A stretch of DNA of 60,832 bases, the filler included, from Asterionella formosa (taxonomy: Eukaryota): NCBI GenBank assembly GCA_002256025.1. It is 16 parts of 16 records of this genome, joined end to end, with 100 filler letters (N's around TTAATTAATTAA, not from the genome) between each part and the next. Parts side by side here need not be neighbours in the genome. Positions count along the whole stretch, not along the records: positions 11,459 to 15,176 come from NKIB01013954.1; positions 15,277 to 18,994 come from NKIB01013955.1; positions 19,095 to 22,808 come from NKIB01013957.1; 13 more parts are not named here. One strand, written 5' to 3'. A model generated the notes under the pieces. That model did not search any database. It worked only from the letters and a program-made list of their open reading frames with translations, and was not told the origin of the DNA. Shown piece after piece: positions 11,459 to 21,880 of this stretch. The position numbers were made by a program, and so were the translations under genes. The stretch's first letter is position 1. Each line of letters starts with the position of its first letter.

Positions 11459-11937
11459 TCATTCTGCCTCTCAAGGGGAAGGATCCAGGGATCAGAGAGA
11501 GTAAGGAGGGCAGAGGTTTCATCCATAAAATCCCAAGTAGTGGTAAGCCAAGAAGGTTCAATATATTGTGCAATAGAAGAGTAGGAGTAAGTGAGAGGGG
11601 GGAGTGGAAAGCCAAGGTGGAGTTGAAGGGTATCCAGTGTGATTTGGAGTTGAACACCGACATTGTCCTCTGCATTAAGATGGCCCAGCAAATAAGTGAG
11701 GTGTGTTGTCCCCTGGCTCACCCAAAGTTCCGGAAGGTTGAAGCCGCTATAGTGAGAGGAGCCAAAGATCAATGCTCTTGAAGTGGTGCTTGCTATTCCC
11801 ATATGAGAGAGAAAAGTGCCAGTGTAGGCTTTTTGAAGGCGGAGGCACTGGTCTCTTGTGAAGGAAGTGACTGCAAGGGGATACTCTATGGCAGGACGCC
11901 ACATTGCGCTGAAGGCGGTATAGACTTGCGTCTGCAA
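11459..11937 (-). mobile_element. Non-LTR retrotransposon fragment (region after the RT core; Ambal-like diatom LINE)
   Basis: WRPAIEYPLAVTSFTRDQC..LQ..MGIASTTSRALIFGSSHYSGFNLPELWVSQG..LLGHL resembles the post-RT segment of diatom non-LTR elements. Truncated at both ends. Confidence 0.7.
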
Positions 11938-13698
11938 ATAAAAACTATCATATTTCCATGATGCATCATAGGATTGTGATTATCTGATCATAGTTTTTCG
12001 TTATATCATCTAATAATTTTGATAAATGCCTTTGTAATTTAAATAGTAATCCTTTTGACTACATATATTTAATTATTATATGTATTGTTTCTATTTGATT
12101 CCTGTATTCGAATTTCTTGGTGGAAGAATGTACCAGTTCAAATAATGTCATTTGGCTTGTCATTTCAATCCGTCATCACTCCGATTTTTGCAACAACAAC
12201 GAAATACTACTAGCGATGACAAGCGGAATGAATGTTTGCGATAACGTCTTCAATTTGTTGGTCAAGTGATCTTTATATCTTCGAGTAATCGTCATGTGCA
12301 GTGAACCTTTGTTCATAATCAATCAATTAAGAGTTTACAGGAGAGAAGAAACCATTCGAACTCGTAATGTTTCCGCACACAGCGCACTAAGTATATCCGT
12401 TTCGTCCACTTCAGCATGACAATCTTGCCAATCAACCCGTAAACAAACACATTCTACTTGTTCTCGTTGACATTTTCAATTCTCACATGATACTACATCT
12501 AGCACTACTATTGAGATTCAGCATAGAAGGAGATACGAAAATGTGCGTAACAGACTACTGTCCACATAGCTATAGTTATAGAATGATTCTGATTAGAATG
12601 AATTTCATTTTCATATCGCTCGCTCGTTTCTGCATTTGGCATACTGTACTTGAATTAACTATTGAACTTGTCCACATCTTTGATACCATCAAGAGAGCGA
12701 AAGCAAGTGGCTCTTTTCATTGTTGTTTGCTCGTAGGAAAAATTTGATATCTGTATTGTCATTTACGTGCTTGTTGGAATTGTCCGTTGCCTCAAACCTG
12801 CTTAGCGTGTGCATGCACACACTGTCGACTTGTTTTCAATGGTATGTTGTTCTTGTATTCACTGTTGAACTTGTCCGCATCTTTGCTACCATCAATAGAG
12901 CGACAAGTGGGTCTCTTCATTGTTGTTTGCTCCTGGAAAAGTCGGTGTCCGTGTCATCCTCATCAATAGAGAGACAAGTTGCTTCTTTCGTTGGAAAAAT
13001 TGGTACCCGTGGTATCATCATTCGCTCGTTCGAACCACTGTCTGTTGCCTCAAACCTGATTAGGGTGTGAGTACCGGTATGTGCACTGTCGACTTTAGTA
13101 CATTACAGGCGGAGTGACTTCGCTACTAAATTCCGTGATATAATAATATACCCTGTAGCACGATGCAGAATACATTTGCTTCCCAATCATCTCATCATGA
13201 TTGATAAGATGATACTGTGATATCATGATAAGGTTACATCGATGCATACATCACCAAAGTATGATATGTAATATTGAATAAAGTACATCACAGAGCTATG
13301 ATACATTGATCATAAAACTATGATGATTTTATAAAATGTTTATGATATAATTTTGATCAAAATATGATCATGTAAAAATAATACAATGACATTAAATTAC
13401 GATAAAATATGTATGCAAGTGTTACCAAGACATCATAGAAAATACATCAAGCAATCATAAAGTATGTTAATTAATATATATGTTTGTCGTATGATGTATA
13501 CAGTTAAAGTCAACAGTTAATATGATATTATTATACAGTGGATAGGATCTAAGTATACAGATGCGTTGATATGTACATCACTATAATATGATTTGTGACA
13601 GCATGGAACATGGATTGATGCATATCACATACAGGTATCCTCAACAACCAGCCATCACGTTCATTGTCGTGTCGTCTTTCCTTGTTTTAGCTATAGAT

Positions 13699-14436
13699 AT
13701 GCCAGCATGTGTATTGTGTAAACACTACGCTGGCAGAACATGCATATTACACTGTGCTCTGTTCAACAATTACTACACTCGGTTACCATCACACCAGTTC
13801 CACCTCCACAAGCGCCGCAATAAGCTCCGCAAGAAGCTCCGCATTTCCCTTCCACTGTTTTACATCATAGTCTTCTGGTCCTTTGACAACTTTCCAAATG
13901 GCATTTCACGGATTTCATGGAAAGGATCAGTCAAACAAGAAACGAGACTTACTTCCATTGTTTACAATACACGACTTTATGTTTTCGGAAAAGAAGATGA
14001 AGAAAGTTATGAAATCAATCGAAGATTCCTTTGAATACACTCAAAGATCAAATGAATTTCAACAGATTCATAATACTCCAGAAAAAATTAATGAAGTATG
14101 CCAAGCGATACAATAGTGGCTGAGATTGAAAAAAAGGAAAGATTGCTTTCGAAGAGGAAACCCAAACAGTTGGTCTTCGTGGATGAAGACTCTATTCGTA
14201 CAGAGTCACAGTTCCACCATCCAGTGTTGTATTTTTCTCCTCATTCTACCGAAATCGCTGATAATGAAGAAGAACTCAGTGATTGTCATTCATTTGATGA
14301 ACAAATTCATGCGATGAATGGAAATATCGGCGGAAACGTGGCTGACAACACTTCAGAAGTAGAAATGGTTGAAAAGTTGCAAAACCAAGAAACATACTTC
14401 CATGCCTATCTCGGTTTATATACTCCTTGTGGCTAG
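13699..14436 (+). pseudogene. Frameshifted ORF remnant of unknown function, convergent with PGRL1 (also at 55208-55940, minus strand)
   Basis: Overlapping ORF pieces (SSAFPFHC..MAFHGFHGKDQ.., ..EKKERLLSKRKPKQLVFVDED..) carry different breaks in the two copies. Confidence 0.4.
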
Positions 14437-14456
14437 AGTTCATTGTGTGCGACTTT

Positions 14457-15176
14457 TTATGCTTTCGGAATGGTCGAAGCACGCAATGTCTTAAGTTGGA
14501 CACTGAATTCAGTTTTGCAGCTAGGACACTTGACTTTAGCAATGTCAGTGAAACCCTCCACACCCAAGAACTTTCCAAAGTAGACGCGGTTCTCAACTTC
14601 ACAGCTGGGGCAAGGCCCGAAAGCAATGAATTTACCAGGGAAGAGAAGCTCCTCTGTAATAAATTTAGATCCGGTGTAGAGGAACAGAGTGCCAATGAGG
14701 AGGAAGAACAACGGGTTGATTCTCAACACAGTCGACAAGAGTTCGAAACCAATACCAAGCCAAACACTTGTGAGAACAATAATGGCGGGAAGGTAGAGAA
14801 GATTTGATCTGAATTGGTCTTCTATCAATGTGACAGTGCAAATTCCAGTGTCGATGTAGCATTTTGGAGATGTTGAGACTGCAAACTTCGATCCAGTTTC
14901 CTTGAGCTCCGTCTTCAATGCGTCAAACTCAGCATCTGGCATCATCGGTTCACCTTTCAAGTATAACTGCATGGCGGCAAGATATGTGGCTTCCTTTCGC
15001 TTCATGACAACCATGTCAGATCCGTTCCATTGCAAATCTTCCTTCAATGGGTCAAACTCGTCATCCTTGAGCATTTGCCTTCCAGTGGCATAGTAGGACT
15101 GAAGCGCGTCCAGAAAGATACGCTCCTTTTCGGCTACTGTGAGACGAATGAGTTCCCCACTTTCCGGATCGACGAC
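14457..15176 (-). CDS. PGRL1: PGR5-like protein 1 (copy A, 5' end cut by the contig end)
   Basis: EKERIFLDALQSYY..LKEDLQWNGS..GEPMMPDAEFDALK, two TM helices, GPCPSC and KCPSC Cys pairs. Confidence 0.9.
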   Translation of the reverse strand, partial: VVDPESGELIRLTVAEKERIFLDALQSYYATGRQMLKDDEFDPLKEDLQWNGSDMVVMKRKEATYLAAMQLYLKGEPMMPDAEFDALKTELKETGSKFAVSTSPKCYIDTGICTVTLIEDQFRSNLLYLPAIIVLTSVWLGIGFELLSTVLRINPLFFLLIGTLFLYTGSKFITEELLFPGKFIAFGPCPSCEVENRVYFGKFLGVEGFTDIAKVKCPSCKTEFSVQLKTLRASTIPKA

Positions 15177-15276
15177 NNNNNNNNNNNNNNNNNNNNNNNN
15201 NNNNNNNNNNNNNNNNNNNNTTAATTAATTAANNNNNNNNNNNNNNNNNNNNNNNNNNNNNNNNNNNNNNNNNNNN

Positions 15277-16904
15277 CCGAAATTGAAGGAACAACGAGGA
15301 AGGTCTCGGTCACTCTGGTGAAGGAAGAGTTTAGATATTTTGTTGAACAACTGGTCAAACAGTTTTCGATTGGAATTACCCTTTACTGTTTTGGGACGCC
15401 CGATCATATAAGAATATAGCTCCATGAGGTGATCCATTATTCCTTCTTGAATGGAATGGAGTTTTTCAGGAGGAACGTGCCCATTAACACCAAGAGGATC
15501 GCCACCAAAACACAACTGATACCAAAAGGGATAGATGAATCTTTGGCTCACCTTATCCAATAAATCTTTTATGCCCCGGATTAATAGTTCCTCGTAATCA
15601 ATCTGACCTACAGGACTGCATTCATGAGATGGATTGTCCGTTTGATCAAACGGACAATCACATTCACGACACATTCTGGCAGTCTTTAGATATGTTTTCT
15701 TTCGTCCGCATTGTCCATCTAAACCTTCAGCATCACCGAGAATTAGACCAACCGGAACTTTCACATTAAGTGTAAATTGATTGCCTCCGAAATTGAAAAT
15801 GTGTTTGAATCCACCAGCTTGTTGGACATTCTTGACCCCCTCAAGAATCACACCAAGGACAGCGTGATAATCGGATTCCTTTTGATCAGGGGTTAGGGAC
15901 TGGATTTCAGATAGACTTGATGAGGTCAGCTTTGGGATCAATCCGATTGGCCGCCATGCATTGACCTTATTTCTCACATTGGTAGTAAAAATACCAAGTG
16001 ACATTAGGACAGGCTCCATTGTGTACTTTCCTTTTTCAACCGTGTGTGTCTTGTCAATAAAGAATATGAGTGGAACAAGGAAGTCATTTGGCTGAGAACA
16101 TAAATATTCATGGGCATCTATCCACCAGGTACCAGTGTGAAATTCGGATCTGACACTGGTGGGTTGCGGTGCTTTACACGGATTGACGAAATCAAATGAC
16201 ACATTTTGTGGTGACATTAGTGTGTCATTTGTCAAGAGATTCTTAACCTGAGCCATGAAATCAAAACATACAACATCAATCAGTTTTCCATCATGCAATA
16301 TGGCCTGTTTCACCTGGGGAGTTAAATCATTCATGTTAAATCGGTTTTGAAATTCTTTCAGAACAGTGGTCCTCCTGGGAGGACAAGATTCAAAAATGAA
16401 TCCAGCTTCCTGAGCTGTGCTGCAGAAACTCATGATTTGATCATACATATAAAGAGGAGAACGGGTGCCGAGCAAAAGACTAAGCAGTCGAGACTTCATA
16501 ACATCGCCAACTGAGAATGGTATACCAGGATCGGCGGAGGAAAACCTAATCCCTGTGGTGCTCAGGACTGGAATAGTATTGGTTTCATCCTGTACCACTA
16601 TTTCGCTTGTATTTTCTTCATCTTCTTTTTGATCAATGTCATATATATTGGTATGATCGCCAAAATGTAGTGTTTGAACATGACAAATTTTGGCCCTTTT
16701 CTTTAATGACGACGAAAAGTCATCAGCAGCTGATGGTGGAGATTGATGAAATCCATCATATTCTTCCTGACCGTCGTCTGGACCAGTTGCTGGTTTACGA
16801 AACAACTCAGCAGCTGTTTTGCATTCAGGGCTATGTGCGTAATGACGGTGAAGGGAAACAAATGGACCCTTACCACATATCAAACAGCAATCGTCGTCGT
16901 TCAT
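15277..16904 (-). CDS. Plavaka-like (CMC/CACTA-related) transposase with an N-terminal C2H2-type zinc finger, 3' truncated by the contig end
   Basis: CLIC..LHRHYAHSPEC, PLIFFIDKT, AWRPIGLIP, ILGDAEGLDGQCGR, RMCRECDC, PPEKLHSIQEG, HQSDRDLPR. The ORF has no stops. Confidence 0.8.
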
Positions 16905-17899
16905 GGTGATAAAACACGATTAAATAGCGATTATGTACCGATATTTGTTTAATAGAAAGAGACAACGGCCAATATAGATATTTGATTTATCATTTGTAAA
17001 ACCACAAAATAAATTATCTCATTCAATTCGATTTAACACAGCTATACATCCAATGCTACTTTCACTAAGGCCAGCCACTTGCTAGAGATATGACTGTTTA
17101 CTATTTGAAGTATCTCGGAAATACCTCTCATTTTCGACTGACTACAACGATATTCGATGAACACTAAAATAGTACCGGTATGCGACTCCTTTTTCTATGG
17201 AACTACGGGTGCCAGTATATATAAAACATATCTACCAACGTTTCTTTTGATTTGATTTGTTAACCGAATTTCATTTGATAAAATAATCATTGTAGACAAA
17301 TTGTAGCCTTTCCGAAAAGAAATTGCTTTGGTTGCAGCTCTTATTTTCTACTCAGGCCGACTACAATGACATGATCATCAGATGAACGCGAATACATGCA
17401 ACAGCTATTTCTGTGTAAAAAAATTCGCATATTCGATAACGATTCACCATGTTCGTCAGATTTTCGGGAGGTCTGCATTGCTCGCCAAAAAGTATACTGA
17501 CAAAGCATAGACTGCGCCCCAGCTTTTTGTTATGTAGAATGTACACATGGCTAGTACAAAGCAAAGGTATAGGAGGAGGACCGTCCGCGCCAGGTTTCTT
17601 TTAATGGAAAACAGCTACTGGCTAGAACGTGGTGAAGAAACAAATTATCACTTTCGTGGTAAAATGCATTATGCATTGTGGTTGTTTTTATTGCTGTCGT
17701 TGTCATTGACGTTGTCGCTATCTGTTGTTTCTGCTGTTATCCCTTTGGATCTAATTGTTTGAAACAAGGAGCTGGCTGGTGGTGCATTCTGGTTACTGTG
17801 GCTGTATACCCTTCTCTTGATTGTTCTTTGCCCTCCCTTTGAACTGAATATGCATTGTTTGTTAAGAAATACAAAAAGGTCTTGTGTGAGTTTAAACAG

Positions 17900-18930
17900 C
17901 TACTATGATCTTACTCTGTGAATCATGTTCTTCACTTCCAGAAAAGCAACGAGGACTCTGTTTCGGGCCGGTTCTGGAAGAAACAGACAGGCAATTATTT
18001 TGTTATTCCTTGTCAGTAGTACAGAAAGGATGCATCTGAAAGTTCGAGAAATATATGGTAAGCAGTTAATATTTTGGAAAATGGAGACAGGTCATGTGTT
18101 AGATTGTTGTTGTTCTTCCTCTTGTTGCTCTGCATCATCGTGTTCTTCGACTTGTGCTCTGAACTATGTTTGATTGTTGTTGTAGTTCCTCTACCTCAAT
18201 TTCGTTCTTCCTCTTTCTTGTTCCGTTTGGAATTGGAACAGTGGTCAAGTCATGAACTTACTCTGTGAACCTTGTTCTTTTCCTACGGACAATCAAAATG
18301 TTTTTGGCAGGGCAGGGTTGAACCTTGGGAAGAATGAAATGTGTCGTGCTCTGTGTCAGGCAGGCTATCAATCATTTGTTTTTCGCATTGCCGAAGCGAT
18401 TCCTCTGGTGCAAAGGGGACAATAATATACATGGTAAGCAAGTGCAATGTTTTCTTGCCTTTTGTTGCTTGATACTGTTTGCTGTTGCTTGTTGTGGGCG
18501 GATCTCCTCTCCTATTCTCCTTCGTCTTTGTTCGGAATTGTTAGCGCATGAATTGCTATTTGTAATGAATTATAAAAAGAGCTTGATTGTGTGCTTGTTA
18601 CTTGCTTGTTGATCACGAACTTACTCTGCAAACGCTGTTCTTTGTCTACAGACAATCAATCTGTTGAGCGAGAGATTTGTTGGGAATCAGGCTGCGGCAT
18701 GGTAGCTAAGCACAACGAAAATGATGCCTTTGTAACGATTGTTTGTTCATGAACTCACTCTACGATTGTTGTTCACTGATTGCAGACAATCATATGATCA
18801 GGGCTGGGTTGGCCATTGGGGAACATGGTAAGGAGCACAGCAGAAACGAAATCATGGCTTCGTAACTTTTTTTTCTCATCAACTCACTCTGCAAATGTTT
18901 CCCTCTTTCTACAAAAGACAATCAATCCGA
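17900..18930 (+). repeat. Degenerate tandem exon-intron units (decayed multi-exon gene)
   Basis: Five copies of ACT(C/T)ACTCT..pyrimidine tract..AG|ACAATCA at about 17909, 18256, 18619, 18753 and 18882, with repeated ATG|GTAAG donor-like sites. Confidence 0.6.
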
Positions 18931-19094
18931 GCAATGAGAATGAGCAGCCGGCTCATTTGCTATGAATTGATCTACCGGTAGTAGTAACATGGATNNNNNN
19001 NNNNNNNNNNNNNNNNNNNNNNNNNNNNNNNNNNNNNNTTAATTAATTAANNNNNNNNNNNNNNNNNNNNNNNNNNNNNNNNNNNNNNNNNNNN

Positions 19095-19313
19095 ATATAT
19101 TGTCACGAACACACATAATTATTGGTGTGATCACATAATTATTCGATAAGTGAAATAAATTTTTGTTTAACCCGAATAAATTAGGGAAAAAGTAGCATAA
19201 TATTTCAAAAAAGTAACATAAAAATTTAGAAAAGTAACATAATATTTTAAAAAAGTAGCATAAATACGTCACTTTAGACATAAATTCGAAAAAGTGCCGT
19301 AAACGGCGTCTTA
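19095..19313 (-). mobile_element. End of a Harbinger-like non-autonomous element interrupting the Copia gag; four 21-bp subterminal repeats
   Basis: Reverse complement TAA|GACGCCGTTTACGG at 19313-19297. AAAAGTARCATAA repeats with a 21-bp period at 19188-19265. Confidence 0.5.
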
Positions 19314-19924
19314 GATGCAAGTAACAGTGTTTGCACACGTCTCGCATCCGCAATGTAATACTGACCGTTAAGGGGGGCACGATGGATCATGCGCTCGTTG
19401 AATGAGCCATAATCGGCCTCAGCTTCGGGATCCTCCGCTTCTTTTACCACATAAGACAATGGTATGCCGCTAACGCCGGGAATGACAGCCAAGTAGTTGA
19501 TAAAGGCCTTTTCCCACTCAGGCCACTTCCTCTCATCTTTGAATTTTTCCGGATCGGCAGCCTTGGAATTAGTAGCCACAAGATCTATGTCGGACTTCCT
19601 GATCTGCGCAAGGCTCAACGATTGATACAGAATCTCAACATTGAAATCGTTGTGGTCCGGAACATCGTTAACTCGATGACAATCCTGGACCCAATGCATA
19701 ACGCCTGTCAATTTCTTTGTGCGTCCAAGTCCAAAAACAATCTTACCGTTTGCCATGCTACGCTTCGCAAATTCGTCCGCCATGTCACGAATGTCCTTTT
19801 CTACTAGATAACGGAAGTCCTCAAACTCGCTAATACCTGCTGCCATGATGTTCATACATTCGACAGCGACCTCAAAACCGATTGCCAACAGAACGTGGGC
19901 GACTCCGACCAAGTTATTCGCCAT
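19314..19924 (-). mobile_element. Ty1/Copia (CoDi-type) gag, truncated
   Basis: EKDIRDMADEF..FGLGRTKKLTGVMHWVQD..DPEKFKDERKWPEWEKAFINYL..GVSGIPLSYVV..APLNGQYYIADARRV. Confidence 0.8.
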
Positions 19925-20118
19925 GATAATGAGTGGATTTGCTGGGAAAAGAGAATGATAGTATTTCGCAAACGCAAACGCATGTCGTCAGTGGATTCCC
20001 GCTGTAACAAATAGTACTTGTGTGCAGGCAGCACAGTTACGCCAATGCCGTCGTTGAGTGATCAGTTCAACTCCGGCCACAATCGCTATCGCTCTCTGGT
20101 CGTTAATAAAATTTTACT

Positions 20119-21130
20119 TTGCAGGTTCGGAACCATTACCTCCAACTAAACTTTTTGTTCGCTCCAACTGGATACCTCCTATCAATGAAATCACTTCTGA
20201 ATTTCGTGTCAGAATTAATGCATTCAAAAAAGCACTTCCGCCACTTTTTCAACATAAACACCGTCGACATAACCTCTTACCCTCCCAACAAAGAGCACTC
20301 GACCTACTAACAAATAATGATAAACTCATTGTTTTCCGTTGCGATAAAAACCTTGGTCCAGCCATTATTGAACGATCTAGATACATTAATATGGCTCTTC
20401 ACGACCATCTTCTAAACAACAATACCTATCGACAACTTTCGGAACAACAAGCTGAAGGACGGATAAAGGCGATCACAAAACTGATTTCGAACTTTACTCT
20501 TAAACACTTCAAGCCTAAGGACACAACATCAAAGTTCCTTACCCGTTCTTTACAAACCAAAGACCCATTTGCATACTTTTACCTTTTGGCTAAAATACAT
20601 AAATCACCGCTAACAACACGTCCCATCGTCAGTGTGAGCGGAAGTATTTGCCACGGACTAGGTAAATGGCTTGATGTCAATCTTCAAAAAATCATTCAAC
20701 ATCTACCATTTATCCTATCAAGCTCCTTTGAGCTCGTTCATGATTTTCGTTCCATTAATAACATTCCAACAACTGCAACATTGTTTACTATGGACGCAAT
20801 CTCTATGTATACTAACATAGACACAACACATGCAATTTCCGTCATTAATAACTTCCTACGCTTTGATAGACCAGACATCTGCCTCAACGAAGATATTAAC
20901 ATTGATGCACTCATGCACTCACTCGAAATTATTATGCGGCATAATATTTTTAAATTCGGAAATACATACTGGCTCCAAACATCTGGAACAGCTATGGGGA
21001 CACCGCCGGCACCAACATATGCCACCCTCTACTTTGCAATTCACGAGATACAAACCATCCCAATGTTTCCACAAATATCCTTCTGGGAATTATACATCAC
21101 CACGGAAATTGAGATCGGACACCACTTCAG
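20119..21130 (+). mobile_element. Penelope-like element reverse transcriptase, internally deleted just before the catalytic YIDD motif
   Basis: CDKNLGPAII, FYLLAKIHK..TRPIVS, LFTMDAISMYTNID, NIFKFGNTYWLQTSGTAMGTPPAPTYATLY. Similarity stops at FPQISFW and another frame continues GNYTSPRKLR. Confidence 0.88.
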
Positions 21131-21303
21131 TAAGTACTCACTTACTTACGATACAACTTGATACTACACGGGATACATCAACCTCTACGAGGTCCATGCT
21201 ACCTTCCCCTCCTACTATCAATACTGCCTCCACTCCTGGTGTAATTTCACAGCCAACCACGCCTGCCCAACCCCCCGCACACACCATGACTTAAATAAAA
21301 CAA

Positions 21304-21387
21304 GACTACAGATTCAAGCCAACTGATGAAGCCCCTTCAGGCGAAAAGTAACATTAGTCTCATTACTTTTTGGCAACTTAAGTAGTC
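21304..21387 (+). ncRNA. Type I hammerhead ribozyme in the PLE pseudo-LTR
   Basis: GCCAA-CTGATGA-A-GCC(CCTTCA)GGC-GAAA-AGTAA(11-nt loop)TTACT-T-T-TTGGC. Stem I is extended by GACTAC/GTAGTC. Confidence 0.82.
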
Positions 21388-21451
21388 ACCCCATCGTCGC
21401 TTGGATAATAGTCATTGTAGCCCTCACACATACCCTAACCCTATACAAAAC

Positions 21452-21880
21452 ATGACCGATGCGTCCAATCCACAACCTCCAACATTGAAACGCGCTCGTC
21501 TCTCTAATGAAACCGAGCTAAATAAGACTCCAAATGCCGCGGGGCGTTTGGCCGCTTCAATTGGTATTGTGACGCTCCATCCGACCTTGAAACGAATCGC
21601 AGAGTTTCATCTCAACAAATTTATGAAACTCTATACCCAACAAGTGAAACAAGAAGAAAATATCGACAAACTGAACACCACAGACTTCTTACCACGCTCT
21701 GCACGCTTTAACTTCAAACTAAAAGCTTCTGATGTCACGGCTGAGACTAAACCATTCAAGGACCTTGCCACAGAAACCGACGCCCTTGTTACTTCCTTCT
21801 CCCAAGCTATAAAAGAAAAAATCAAACTTACTGCAACACTCGAACTTCAAACCACGAAGATCGCCATTGCAACTCATGTA
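21452..21880 (+). mobile_element. Probable N-terminal part of the PLE ORF (start of the next tandem unit), truncated
   Basis: ORF MTDASNPQ..DFLPRSARFNFKLKAS.. begins about 70 nt after the ribozyme on the same strand as the RT. Confidence 0.55.

Larger units (their letters stand above)
12675..15176. repeat. Segmental duplication, inverted homolog of 54492-57042
   Basis: Colinear high identity (visually above 90%) across PGRL1, the convergent ORF remnant and the AT-rich non-coding DNA, with several indels. Confidence 0.95.

Noticed and set aside
17909..18910. Array of 21-nt microexons on the minus strand (AG|21 nt|GTRAGT)
   Set aside because: The same bases read better on the plus strand as branch point + pyrimidine tract + AG, with more intact acceptors and matching donors.
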